From positions 2,528,001 to 2,592,000 of the forward strand of contig CBDDDZ010000005.1 in NCBI GenBank assembly GCA_965226795.1: a stretch of DNA of 64,000 nucleotides, written 5' to 3'. The notes beneath the pieces are model-generated. The model saw only the letters and a program-made list of their open reading frames with translations. It was not told the DNA's origin and made no database searches. The first letter of the stretch is position 1, and each line of letters opens with the position of its first letter. The DNA comes from Candidatus Latescibacterota bacterium. GTDB lineage: Bacteria; Latescibacterota; UBA2968; GCA-2709665. The position numbers and the translations under genes are program-made. This document shows positions 29,362 through 39,088 of this stretch, one piece after another.

Positions 29362-31149
29362 TTGCCCATGTCAAAATGCGGTTTGTTTTCTCTTGTTGTC
29401 ACCGTGGTTCTGTGTTCTTCAGCCGCCGCACAGAACGGTAGGTTCCTATTCAGTTTTCCCCACGAAGTCAGCTTCCGTGACGAAATGGGCGGGCTGCCGG
29501 GCGCCGCGATGTTCGATTACGACAATGACGGGGACCTGGATATCTACGTTGCAAACGGTCACGGCCACGGTCCTGAATTTCGCAATTACCTGTTGGAAAA
29601 CGACGGGGACGGCAATTTCAGGGACGTCTCCCGGGAGGCGGGCGTGGCTGTCACGGTAGAAACACACGGCGTGGCGAGCGCCGATATCGACAACGACGGC
29701 GACGCGGATCTCTTCGTGGCCACGGACGGACGGAATTATCTCTTCCTGAACAACGGCGACGGGACCTTTGCCGACATCACGGAATCCGCGGGCATCGTCT
29801 CCCGTTACTTCTCATCGACCGTCGCGTTTGCCGACGTCGACAACGACGGGTACGTGGACATTTACGTGGGCGGCGCGGGCGGCGAAGGTGGCGTGGAGGC
29901 GAACAGACGCGTGGGCACAGGCGAACTCTATCTCAACAACGGCGATCTCACGTTCAAGGACATCACGGATGAAACCGGCACAGCAGGCACATATACCTGG
30001 TCAGTCCGCTTCTGCGACTATGACGACGACGGCGACGCGGACCTGTTCACGGCGAACGACCAGGGTATTGCTCTGGCGGAGGATTGGTCTCCCATCCTGC
30101 TGCACAGGAACGACGGCAACCTGAGGTTCACGGACGTCACCAGGGAAGCACGCCTGGGAATCACGGGAAGCTGGATGGGGCTTGCATTCGGAGATTACGA
30201 TCTGGATGGCGACTTTGACCTTTTCGCGACAAACGTCGGCGGCTCCTTCGTGGACAAGAAGGGTCACCAGGAATACGACCTGCACGGATTCTTCCGCAAC
30301 GACCAGGGTCGATTCACGAACATTGCCGAAGAATTAAAAGTTACCGAGGAACGCAGCCTGGCCAAATTGGAATTCGGCTGGGGAACGGTCTTTACGGATT
30401 TCGACAACGACGGGGACTTGGACCTGTACTACGTGGGCAACTTCGAAATGCTCCAGGCATATGAAAACCCGGGCCACCTCCTGATCAATGACGGGGCCGG
30501 CGCGTTCAAGGATTCCACGGCACGCTACGGTCTGAGGACGGTTGACGGTACAGGCAGGTACACCATCGCGGTTGGCGTTGCGACCGGTGACGTCAACGAC
30601 GACGGTCACGTGGATATTTTCGTCGCAAACGCCGGAACGAATGACCGGACGGGTTATCCGATGCTGTTTACGGAAAAATTCGACGACAACAACTGGATTC
30701 GTCTGAAACTGGAGGGCACCGAAAGCAACCGGTCGGCCATCGGCGCCAGAATCCGGCTGACCGCGGGCGGCAGGACCCAGATTCGCGACGTTGCCAGCGG
30801 CGGAAGCAGTTTCTCGCAGCACAGCCTTTGGCCGACGTTCGGCATCGGCACCAGCGCCGTGATTGACTCCATCAACATCCGCTGGCCCAGTGGCATTGTC
30901 CAGACGATCAGGGATGTTGAGCCCAACCAGACCCTGGAAATCCTGGAGGAGCGTCCGCCCCCCGAAGTCGTATACGCCAATCCCCGCACCGATTTCAACG
31001 GCGACGGGAGTGTCGATTTCACCGACTTCATCGGTTTTGCGAGAGCTTTCAACACGGATGATTCAACCTACGATCTGAACGGTGACAACCGGGTTGACTT
31101 CACCGATTTCATTGAATTCGCGAAGTCGTTCGGTCGACCGCTGCCGTAA
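29362..31149 (+). CDS. CRTAC1-family protein (FG-GAP repeats + ASPIC/UnbV) with dockerin-like tail
   Basis: Repeated D(Y/F/V)DNDGxxD; SNRSAIGARI...FGIG...IRWPSG; tail DFNGDGSVDFTDF..F..AF...YDLNGDNRVDFTDF. Confidence 0.9.
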   Translation: MPMSKCGLFSLVVTVVLCSSAAAQNGRFLFSFPHEVSFRDEMGGLPGAAMFDYDNDGDLDIYVANGHGHGPEFRNYLLENDGDGNFRDVSREAGVAVTVETHGVASADIDNDGDADLFVATDGRNYLFLNNGDGTFADITESAGIVSRYFSSTVAFADVDNDGYVDIYVGGAGGEGGVEANRRVGTGELYLNNGDLTFKDITDETGTAGTYTWSVRFCDYDDDGDADLFTANDQGIALAEDWSPILLHRNDGNLRFTDVTREARLGITGSWMGLAFGDYDLDGDFDLFATNVGGSFVDKKGHQEYDLHGFFRNDQGRFTNIAEELKVTEERSLAKLEFGWGTVFTDFDNDGDLDLYYVGNFEMLQAYENPGHLLINDGAGAFKDSTARYGLRTVDGTGRYTIAVGVATGDVNDDGHVDIFVANAGTNDRTGYPMLFTEKFDDNNWIRLKLEGTESNRSAIGARIRLTAGGRTQIRDVASGGSSFSQHSLWPTFGIGTSAVIDSINIRWPSGIVQTIRDVEPNQTLEILEERPPPEVVYANPRTDFNGDGSVDFTDFIGFARAFNTDDSTYDLNGDNRVDFTDFIEFAKSFGRPLP

Positions 31150-31153
31150 ATAG

Positions 31154-31182
31154 AAAAGCCCGGCGGGAGTTCCGTCGAGCCT
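31154..31182 (-). terminator. Probable terminator between convergent genes
   Basis: Minus strand aggctcgacgg-aactc-ccgccgggctttt. Confidence 0.5.
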
Positions 31183-31210
31183 GGTCGAAGCGTGATTGCA
31201 TCTCCGGCCT

Positions 31211-32140
31211 TCACGGTTTCTCGACCACCACGAACCCGAGGGAATCCACGGAAGTGGAACCGAACAGCCCGATTCCCCCCTCAACGTGGAACAGCGGTCG
31301 TCTGAAATTGTCGCCCGCGAGCCCACCAAACCACCCCTCCTGCGCCTCCGGCCCCGAGCGCACATAGTCGTACCAGTTCCTGTCCACCGCGTAAATCCGC
31401 ATCAGGTGTCGCCCCGTGAAATAGATCGCGAACCACGGCAACCTGACACTTCCTTCTGTCGACTCGATCGCCGGCGAACTGCCGGTTTTTTCCAGGTCGT
31501 CGTCGAACGGCCCGCGGTCCAGCGGGTCGGCATCCGTGTCCAGACTCACAATACCAACTTGATAGCCCGGGACATCGTTAGGGTTGAACCTGGCCTCGAG
31601 AAAACCGGTCCTGTAAACCACCCGGTTCTCCGGCGCAAGAAAAACCGCATCCTCCGCTTCGGCAAACGTCTTCAGTCTCCGCCGCACCGCTTCGGTCTTC
31701 GCATCCAGAACCACGCCCTCCCGCACCCGGAACGGGCCGGGAGTGATCGTTGTCGCCCGCGCCGTCCTGCCGTTTGCCGTTACGACTATTTCATACGCCG
31801 TATCCGGGGTTACAACCGGCGGATCGGGTGGCGGCGAATACTGAAACGGACTCGCATCCGGATCCCGGACATACCGAAAGACACGGTCCGTCTGCCGTAT
31901 TTCCACGACGGCATCCGGCACCACGGCATTCTTCGGCCTGTCGCGGTCGACTGAAGCCACCGTCTGTGTCACGAATACCGGGGGAAGCGGCCGTCCCACT
32001 ATCAGGAGTCCGTCAAGCACGAGTTCGCCCGCCGCGTTCGGACCGAACAACGATTCGGGCGTCCGATCGGCATGACAGGCCGATATCAGCAAGCAGCATG
32101 CGACAGCCAAGCGTTTATGGGCTGCAATCCGCGAATTCAT
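31211..32140 (-). CDS. DUF4249-family lipoprotein
   Basis: Lipobox ISAC; LVLDGLL; C-terminal HVEGGIGLFGS; directly downstream of a TBDR. Confidence 0.75.
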   Translation of the reverse strand: MNSRIAAHKRLAVACCLLISACHADRTPESLFGPNAAGELVLDGLLIVGRPLPPVFVTQTVASVDRDRPKNAVVPDAVVEIRQTDRVFRYVRDPDASPFQYSPPPDPPVVTPDTAYEIVVTANGRTARATTITPGPFRVREGVVLDAKTEAVRRRLKTFAEAEDAVFLAPENRVVYRTGFLEARFNPNDVPGYQVGIVSLDTDADPLDRGPFDDDLEKTGSSPAIESTEGSVRLPWFAIYFTGRHLMRIYAVDRNWYDYVRSGPEAQEGWFGGLAGDNFRRPLFHVEGGIGLFGSTSVDSLGFVVVEKP

Positions 32141-32236
32141 CACAAGGATCTCCCGTGCCGGGACACCGGCAGGAACGCCGGAAGCCACGAAAGGCGCATC
32201 GATGGCGGGTCCGGCGACGTCAGATCCGTTCGTGTT

Positions 32237-34474
32237 TCAAAAGGCATAATTGATCCCCACCGTCGGAACGATCGGCAACATCTTCACGACCTCCGGATCG
32301 GTTTGAACGGAATCCGGATCGAATTGCACAAACCATTCGTTTCGGTGGCTATAGACGTTAAACACCTGAAGGAACGCCTCGGCGTCCGCACCGAAAAGAC
32401 GGATTCCACGCTTGACGCTCAGGTCCAACCTGTGGTACGGCAGCAATCGCGCGCTGTTCCGGTCCGCCGGCAGCGCATAGTTCCCGGTTCTTGCCTCGGG
32501 CTCGGCGGGCCGCCTCAATCTGTATACCGCGGACGCCGGCGTAAACGCCTGCCCCGTCGCGTACAGCAGGTTGGCGCCAAAGGTCCACCTGCCCACGCGC
32601 CAGTTGCTCACAAAAGAGAGATCGTGGCGCCGATCGTACTTTGGCGGAAACCGTTTCCCGCCGTTCAACTCCGCGAATCGTCGGCGCGTCCATCCCAGCG
32701 TGTATCCGATCCAACCGGTGACCGACCCCGTGCGCTTCTGCAGGAAGAACTCAACGCCGGCAGCGACTCCGGTTCCGCCGCTCACAAACGTGTCTTCGGA
32801 GGTGCCCGCTTCGGAGCCGACGGCAACGTTGTTGTCGAAAATCACCAGGTTTGCAAAGTCCGTATAGTACCCTTCCAGCGAAAGGTGATACCGCTTCGAC
32901 GGTTCCCATTCCAAGCCCGCCACCCCCTGCCAGGAACGGCCGGGCTCCACGGTCTGGTCGAGAGGGACCCAGAGGTCGCCGCCACTGAACGCCTCGGTGG
33001 TCACGAACTGGAGGTACTGCCTGTATGACCCGCCGCCCAACTTCATCTTCAACGTCGGCGTGAACCCGTGGCTGAGGGCAAGTCGAGGCTCGAAGTGAAG
33101 CCGGTCGCCTTCGCTGAAATAGTTCGCGCGCGCGCCCAACCTCACGCTGGTCTCCGCCCGCGGCTGCCACAGATCCTGCACGTACGCCGAAAACAAGAAC
33201 GGGTTTTCGCGGATATCCAATTGATCGACCTGATTGAAACTCTGTTTGAACGCGAAGTCGAACCATGTGGCCAGAAACCCGGAATTCAACGAATGCCGGC
33301 TGCTCGCGAAAAAGTCCAGATCGCCCTTGAGCGTGAAATCCCGAATCCCGTTGGAAAACAGGATGGGGGTCTCGATCACGCGCAATTCCGTGTTACTTTC
33401 GTATCTGCTTCCCGAGACCACGAGATTTCCGAAAATCGCAGGCGAAAAAACGTGAGTCCATCGGCCCGTGAAAGCCGTATTGCCCCACCGTACGTTAAAA
33501 AAACTCCCGTCTTCGAAGTCGAAATTCAAGTCGTCGCGTCCGAAATATCCGCTGAACATCAGCTTGTCGCCATCTCCGAAATCATGATTAAACTTTGCAT
33601 TGGTATCGTAGAAATAATAGAACGGCACATCGGTGTCTTCGTCCCTTATCAGGGAAAGAACCGGTTCCAGATACGTCCGACGGCCGGAGACCATCCAGGA
33701 ACCGTTGCCCGCCGGTCCCTCCAGGGTCATTCGCGTTGAAATCAGGCTGATACCCCCCGTTCCCTCGAATCCCTTCCGGTTGCCGTCGCGGTTGCGCACG
33801 TCCAGAACGGAACCGAGCCTCCCGCCGTATTGGGCAGGATAGGCGCCCTTGTGCAGGCTCATATCCTTAATGGCGTCGGGATTGAAAGTGGAGAAGAAAC
33901 CGAACGCGTGCGTCGGATTATACAGCGGGATCTGATCCAGCAGGATCAGCGTCTGGTCCGGTCCGCCGCCCCGGATATACAACCCGCTGCTGATATCCGA
34001 AGCCGCCTGTATGCCGGGCAGTAACTGAAGGCTGCGCAGCAGGTCCGTTTCGCCAACGGCGGGCAACTCCTGCAACTGCGCCGTCTCCAGCGTCACAAAA
34101 CCCGTCTGTATATTTCGCTCGACCTCGTACGGGTCCGCTTCAACCACGATCTCCCGGGATAAAATCGGCTTGGGAATCAACTGCACATTCAGCTCCCGAA
34201 ACTCGGCCCCGGAAAAACGAATCGTATCCACAAAGCTTCGGTATCCGATGTAGGAGACGACAATCGTATATTCTCCGGGAGGAATGTGCTGGACCGCGTA
34301 GTACCCGTCCACGTTGCTCAACGCGCCCAGCGGCGACGTGGCTCCTCTCAAAACCACATTCGAATAGGGAAGCGACTCACCGCTGGTGCCGTCGGTCACG
34401 AATCCGCTCAACGTGGCCGCCCACACCCCGACAGGAAAAAGAAAAGCAAGTGCCAGTATCCGCATCCGGTTCAC
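32237..34474 (-). CDS. TonB-dependent receptor
   Basis: LQLLPGI..GLYIRGGGPDQ..LLD.IPLYNPTH.FG, GAYPAQYGGRLGSV, EPRL, YDRRH, YHRLDLS; C-terminal F. Confidence 0.93.
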   Translation of the reverse strand: MNRMRILALAFLFPVGVWAATLSGFVTDGTSGESLPYSNVVLRGATSPLGALSNVDGYYAVQHIPPGEYTIVVSYIGYRSFVDTIRFSGAEFRELNVQLIPKPILSREIVVEADPYEVERNIQTGFVTLETAQLQELPAVGETDLLRSLQLLPGIQAASDISSGLYIRGGGPDQTLILLDQIPLYNPTHAFGFFSTFNPDAIKDMSLHKGAYPAQYGGRLGSVLDVRNRDGNRKGFEGTGGISLISTRMTLEGPAGNGSWMVSGRRTYLEPVLSLIRDEDTDVPFYYFYDTNAKFNHDFGDGDKLMFSGYFGRDDLNFDFEDGSFFNVRWGNTAFTGRWTHVFSPAIFGNLVVSGSRYESNTELRVIETPILFSNGIRDFTLKGDLDFFASSRHSLNSGFLATWFDFAFKQSFNQVDQLDIRENPFLFSAYVQDLWQPRAETSVRLGARANYFSEGDRLHFEPRLALSHGFTPTLKMKLGGGSYRQYLQFVTTEAFSGGDLWVPLDQTVEPGRSWQGVAGLEWEPSKRYHLSLEGYYTDFANLVIFDNNVAVGSEAGTSEDTFVSGGTGVAAGVEFFLQKRTGSVTGWIGYTLGWTRRRFAELNGGKRFPPKYDRRHDLSFVSNWRVGRWTFGANLLYATGQAFTPASAVYRLRRPAEPEARTGNYALPADRNSARLLPYHRLDLSVKRGIRLFGADAEAFLQVFNVYSHRNEWFVQFDPDSVQTDPEVVKMLPIVPTVGINYAF

Positions 34475-34677
34475 CAGGACGCCTCCCTACACCGTAAATT
34501 GCCGCGCCGGGGAACAGTCCAGCGATTCTCGCGGATCCCGCGGGAATCGAGGTCAATATAGGGGTGACCCCACGCGGGTCCGGAGTCACCAGGGGATATG
34601 TCGCCAGATCTGTTAAATAACCGGATTCCGCGCTCGTACTGCCGTGCCAGAATCCCATGCGGCTGGCATCGGTTTTC

Positions 34678-35709
34678 TCAGGACAACCATTTTAGCAGTC
34701 GAAGGACACCCTGTTTCACCGGATCCCGGTGAATGGACATCGCACCCGCTTCGATTTCCCGAGATCCATGCGATATATACCAATCGTAAGCCTGGATCAT
34801 CATCTCCACGTTGCCGTACCCGGGTTTCCAGCCAAGCTGTTCCATTGGCTCTGAAAGGTCGAAATAGAATGGTTTGTGGTAGGTCAGGTAGTGCCAGGGC
34901 GCAAGCGGACAGATTTTCAGGACATCCAGGACCTTCAATGCAGACACGGTCAATTCGACCGGCAATCCCACAACTTTCGTCTTGCTGCCGGCATGTCTGA
35001 TCGTTGCGTCCAGATCGTTGCGTAGCGTCGAATACCTGTCCGCGCCGATATTAAACACGCCCCGCGTCTCTTTCTCGGCGCCCAGCAGCGCGGCCGTCAC
35101 CAGGTCGTCGACGTGAACAAACTGGAACAGATTGTCGCCGTTGCCAATGACGTAGATATTCCGGTTGTCGCGAATCCATTCGAACAGGATCTGAAAAATG
35201 CCCAACCTGCCTGGCCCTAGAATGGTTCGCGGGCGAAGGATCAGACTGGGCAGTCCTTTTCGGGCAGCCCTTAAAACCTGCTGCTCCGCGGCGAGCTTGG
35301 CCCGACCGTAAATCTCGACAGGCGCCGCCGGGGTCGCACTGGTAATGGGACACGCTTCAGGCACGCCGAATACGGCCGATGACGACATGTGAATGAACAG
35401 CCTGACACCGGCGTCTAAGGCGGCGTGCGCGGCGACCCTCGTGCCTCCGACGTTGACATTCCAGAATTCCGGGCCCGCTTTCGCCAGAGGCACCAGCGCG
35501 ACGTTGTGGTGCACAAATTGCACACCCTTCATCGCCTCCTGCACGCCGCGGCGATCGCCAATATCGCACGTCACAAACTCCGTGCCACGCGGACGGTCCG
35601 GTGAATCGATGACATCCAGGACCCGAACGTCCTCGCCCCTGCCGTGCAGCCTTCGAACGAAATGGCTACCCAGAAAACCCGAACCGCCCGTTACCAGATG
35701 CATTGCCAT
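34678..35709 (-). CDS. NAD-dependent epimerase/dehydratase (extended SDR)
   Basis: TGGSGFLG, SSSAVFG, YGRAK. Confidence 0.9.
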   Translation of the reverse strand: MAMHLVTGGSGFLGSHFVRRLHGRGEDVRVLDVIDSPDRPRGTEFVTCDIGDRRGVQEAMKGVQFVHHNVALVPLAKAGPEFWNVNVGGTRVAAHAALDAGVRLFIHMSSSAVFGVPEACPITSATPAAPVEIYGRAKLAAEQQVLRAARKGLPSLILRPRTILGPGRLGIFQILFEWIRDNRNIYVIGNGDNLFQFVHVDDLVTAALLGAEKETRGVFNIGADRYSTLRNDLDATIRHAGSKTKVVGLPVELTVSALKVLDVLKICPLAPWHYLTYHKPFYFDLSEPMEQLGWKPGYGNVEMMIQAYDWYISHGSREIEAGAMSIHRDPVKQGVLRLLKWLS

Positions 35710-36269
35710 GCGGAAGACCTGTCTGCTCCGACGCCGCGAACGACCTCTCGGGCCAGCGCCACCATTTCATAGACCAGGTGCAAAGGTTTAACCCGATAGT
35801 ACCAGAGGCGGTCGACAATACGCTCGTTGGGGAAAATCCTGTAGGGAACCCGGTGGACTCGTGCAATTCCGTAGCCCAACCTGGCAAAGCAATAACGCGC
35901 CCTGTAAGCGTGTATATTGGCGCAGATCAGGTCGACGGGACCCAGCGGCCATCGCTTCCGGTCGAGAAGGTACCTTCGCAGCAGAAGCGCATTGCCGAAG
36001 GTGTCGACATAGCCCGGCGCCGGATAGACGGGACAGTGAATCTGCCCGCAATCCATCCTGGCGTTCAAATAAGTGTACGCAGCCTCCTGCTCGTAGACTT
36101 CGCCGCCAAACCGATTCGCCGGCGCAAGGTACATGACAGTTTCCGTGGTTGCAATCGTGGCCACATAGTCCAATACCTGGCGAAAGACAAAACTGGGCTC
36201 TGGCAGGGTCTTTCCGCGGACGTTTTTGGCCAGACCCTCCGGTACAACGACCAAAGGCCTTGCTGTCAC
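35691..36269 (-). CDS. YdcF/DUF218-like protein
   Basis: DTFGNA and LICANIHAYRARYCF resemble DUF218 motifs; probable GTG start overlaps the upstream TGA (GTGA). Confidence 0.6.
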   Translation of the reverse strand: MTARPLVVVPEGLAKNVRGKTLPEPSFVFRQVLDYVATIATTETVMYLAPANRFGGEVYEQEAAYTYLNARMDCGQIHCPVYPAPGYVDTFGNALLLRRYLLDRKRWPLGPVDLICANIHAYRARYCFARLGYGIARVHRVPYRIFPNERIVDRLWYYRVKPLHLVYEMVALAREVVRGVGADRSSAWQCIW

Positions 36270-37309
36270 GGCAGGAATCCCCGGTCGATACACCACCTGA
36301 TGGACCGACGCATGCCCTCCTCCAGGCCGATCCCGGGACGGTAGCCGAGTTCCCGTTCGGCTCTGTCGATTGAACACGCAATGGTTTTATTCATCTCTGA
36401 AAGTACATGCACCTCCTGGCAGTAAAGTCCTGCGCACTGGATCAACCAGTCGCAGGCTAAAGCGAATTCACTGGCTATTGCAGGCAATCTCAACCGCTTG
36501 TGCGCGACGGGCAGGTTGAATTCATGTTCCAGAAGGCTTTCGATGGTGTCGACCGTTTCGTTCATCGTGTAGGGTGTTCGATCTGCAATCCAGTAGGTCT
36601 GTCCATTTGCTTTCTCAATCTGGCCGGCAAGTAGAATGGCCTGACAGAGATTGTCTATGTATGACATGGAACGCCTGTTCTCTCCCCCGCCAACCACCGG
36701 TACGCGCCCGTTCCGGACCAATTTGAAAAATCGCGTCTGCCGCGGCGGTTGACCAGGGCCATAAAACCAGCAGGGACGAAGAATCGTGGTTTCAAGTTTT
36801 CCCGACTCATGTGCCACGTTGACGATATCTTCGGCCAGCTTTTTCGACTTGCCGTAACTCATGTATGGCCGATCCGGGGAATTCTCGTCGAACAGGCGCC
36901 CGTTATCCGTGTGATAACCTGCCGGACTGTTGGATGAAATCATCACCAGACGCTTCACGCCGTGCTTCACGGCGCAGTCGACGATATTGCGTGCGCCGCC
37001 CGTATTCACGTCGTAAAACTCCCTGACTCGCTTCGGATGTATGGTACCCATAAGATGAAAAAGCGTGGCGCCCTCGCATTCTCCGAAAAACGGCTGCAGG
37101 GACGCCTTGTCGCGTACATCTCCTTCCACCACGCTGACCTTCGGGGAAAAGCCGCGAAGCTCCTCCGAGTTGACGCCGTTCAATACAAAACAACGTATGC
37201 GGCGTTCCGCATACGGTTCCGTGAGCGACGGCATACCAGGCAGGCCATTGACGATCGTATCGACCAGACGGGTGCCCAGCCATCCTGGCGCACCGGTGAT
37301 CAGGATCAT
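36266..37309 (-). CDS. NAD-dependent epimerase/dehydratase (extended SDR)
   Basis: ITGAPGWLG, ISSNS, YGKSK, RPCWFYGP; ATG 37309. Confidence 0.9.
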   Translation of the reverse strand: MILITGAPGWLGTRLVDTIVNGLPGMPSLTEPYAERRIRCFVLNGVNSEELRGFSPKVSVVEGDVRDKASLQPFFGECEGATLFHLMGTIHPKRVREFYDVNTGGARNIVDCAVKHGVKRLVMISSNSPAGYHTDNGRLFDENSPDRPYMSYGKSKKLAEDIVNVAHESGKLETTILRPCWFYGPGQPPRQTRFFKLVRNGRVPVVGGGENRRSMSYIDNLCQAILLAGQIEKANGQTYWIADRTPYTMNETVDTIESLLEHEFNLPVAHKRLRLPAIASEFALACDWLIQCAGLYCQEVHVLSEMNKTIACSIDRAERELGYRPGIGLEEGMRRSIRWCIDRGFLP

Positions 37310-37449
37310 GCGTGCAATTTCCTTCCTTCCATCGAAAATTCCCGACCGGCCGCTACCAATCGCAATTCGGTTCCCACACAAACCAATAGTGGACGGGACG
37401 AACTCCTTGCCCTGGACTTTTCGGGCGCCCGGTCAGGCAACGGTAGACG

Positions 37450-37866
37450 CTATGCCACACTGGCCCCGACCCACTCGCTCCTGTTGCCGGTGATATCGAC
37501 GACATTTCCGTCCGGATCCAGCACCTTGAACGAGACCGGCGGACGGACATGAGGATCGACCGGGTTGCGCTCTTTCACGTTCTCTCGCACCACCTCCGCT
37601 CCCCAGGCCACCACGCGGGCCCAGGTCGCGTCCAGGTCTTCCACGATCACGCCGAAATGGATATATTCGTCTCCCTCCAGGAGCAGCGGTCGATTCGAAT
37701 CCTTCGGCTGCTGAATCAACGTAATGTTGTTTGTTCCGTCACTCATATCCAGAGCATCGCCACGCGGACGGAGCGCAACAAAACGCCAGCCGATCACCTC
37801 CTCGTAAAACCGCCTGGACAGTTCCATATCGGCGCAACGCAGCGCCAGATGCCGCAACAGACCCAT
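37450..37866 (-). CDS. VOC/glyoxalase family protein
   Basis: HLALRC.D...SRRFY, HFGVIVEDL, DPDGN; AAGGAGG RBS. Confidence 0.9.
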   Translation of the reverse strand: MGLLRHLALRCADMELSRRFYEEVIGWRFVALRPRGDALDMSDGTNNITLIQQPKDSNRPLLLEGDEYIHFGVIVEDLDATWARVVAWGAEVVRENVKERNPVDPHVRPPVSFKVLDPDGNVVDITGNRSEWVGASVA

Positions 37867-37940
37867 GGTGTCCTCCTTATTAGTCGGTTCCCGATATGGA
37901 GTTGTCCGGGTTCTCCCGCTGAACTCCTTGACCGCACAAC

Positions 37941-38921
37941 CTATAGGATACCTGCGGCACGGAGAACCGTTTCCTGCGCGATCAATTCATGATCCAGTGA
38001 ACGCACCGGCGGTTTCCGGCCCCTGATCTCCGCGACCATGGAGCGCAAGCTCCCGACGTACCTCGGCTCGTTCTCAACGGGCACCGTCTGCCATCCCCTG
38101 CTGAAGCCGTCGCGATCCTCGTCCAGACAGAGGCGTACCACCGGGTCGGGCTCGAGCGGCTCCATTACGATGCTCCCTCGCGTGCCGTACACCTCGAACC
38201 GCCGCGAAGGAAAGGCGGATACCTCCAATGCGGAAGACTCGACAATTGCCAACGCGTTTTCGTATTCAAAGATCGCCGCGGTATTATCCCTGAAAGCCGG
38301 CGCGGTTCCGCGCTCGTTCCTGAGGAACGAAGTCACCCGGTCCGGGCGTCCCAAAACCGCCACCACGATATCCATCAGATGGCATAGCAACTCAAACAGA
38401 ATGCCGCCCTCGTGTACGGCCAATTCCTGTCGTCTGGCGTCGTCAACCAGCGTGGACATCCGCCCCCGAACGGAAAAAACGTCCCCGAGCCTGCCGGATT
38501 TCACCCAGTCCAGGATAAATTGAAATCCGGCGTTGTAACGGAACATATACCCGAGCTGAAGCAGCAGGCCCTTTTCCCTGGCCATGGCGACCAGACTCTG
38601 AAATTTCTCCCAGTCATCCCCCGCCGGCTTGTCCAGCCAGACATGTTTGCCTCGTTCCAGCGCCTCGCGGGCGAATTCCAGATTCTGCGCTATCGCGCCT
38701 TCCACCGCGACAGCCGCGATGGACGCGTCGTCGAGCATGTCTTCTTTGGCCTCGAACCAGTTGACACCGGCATACGCCTCGATTGCGCCTCGCGCCGCCC
38801 GCACGGACGGGTCCGGCTCATACACGCCGCAGAAAGACACGTCCGGATTGGCTTTCAATACTGACGCCTTGCCCGCGGCGTGCGAATGCAGGATACCGTA
38901 TTGCGCAAACTTGACTTTCAT
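37941..38921 (-). CDS. Gfo/Idh/MocA-family oxidoreductase
   Basis: GKHVWLDKP, GYMFRY, GGILFELLCHLMD, EVYGTRG. Confidence 0.9.
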   Translation of the reverse strand: MKVKFAQYGILHSHAAGKASVLKANPDVSFCGVYEPDPSVRAARGAIEAYAGVNWFEAKEDMLDDASIAAVAVEGAIAQNLEFAREALERGKHVWLDKPAGDDWEKFQSLVAMAREKGLLLQLGYMFRYNAGFQFILDWVKSGRLGDVFSVRGRMSTLVDDARRQELAVHEGGILFELLCHLMDIVVAVLGRPDRVTSFLRNERGTAPAFRDNTAAIFEYENALAIVESSALEVSAFPSRRFEVYGTRGSIVMEPLEPDPVVRLCLDEDRDGFSRGWQTVPVENEPRYVGSLRSMVAEIRGRKPPVRSLDHELIAQETVLRAAGIL

Positions 38922-39088
38922 CGTTCCCTTCCAGCGTGAGACGACAGAGAGTCCCGGCAGACCGGGTCTCATTTGGATTTACAGGCAGCAGCTCTTCGTG
39001 TGCTCCGGGAGCATCGGGGCACGCGTTGCCACTAGTAACGTTAGACCACTCTTTGCCCTGACGTTAAACCGGTCTGGACGCCGTCATC

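Noticed and set aside
29500..30620. Repeated gacaacgacgg DNA motifs as a repeat element or DGR template
   Set aside because: They are coding FG-GAP Ca-binding repeats; there is no reverse transcriptase or TR/VR pair.
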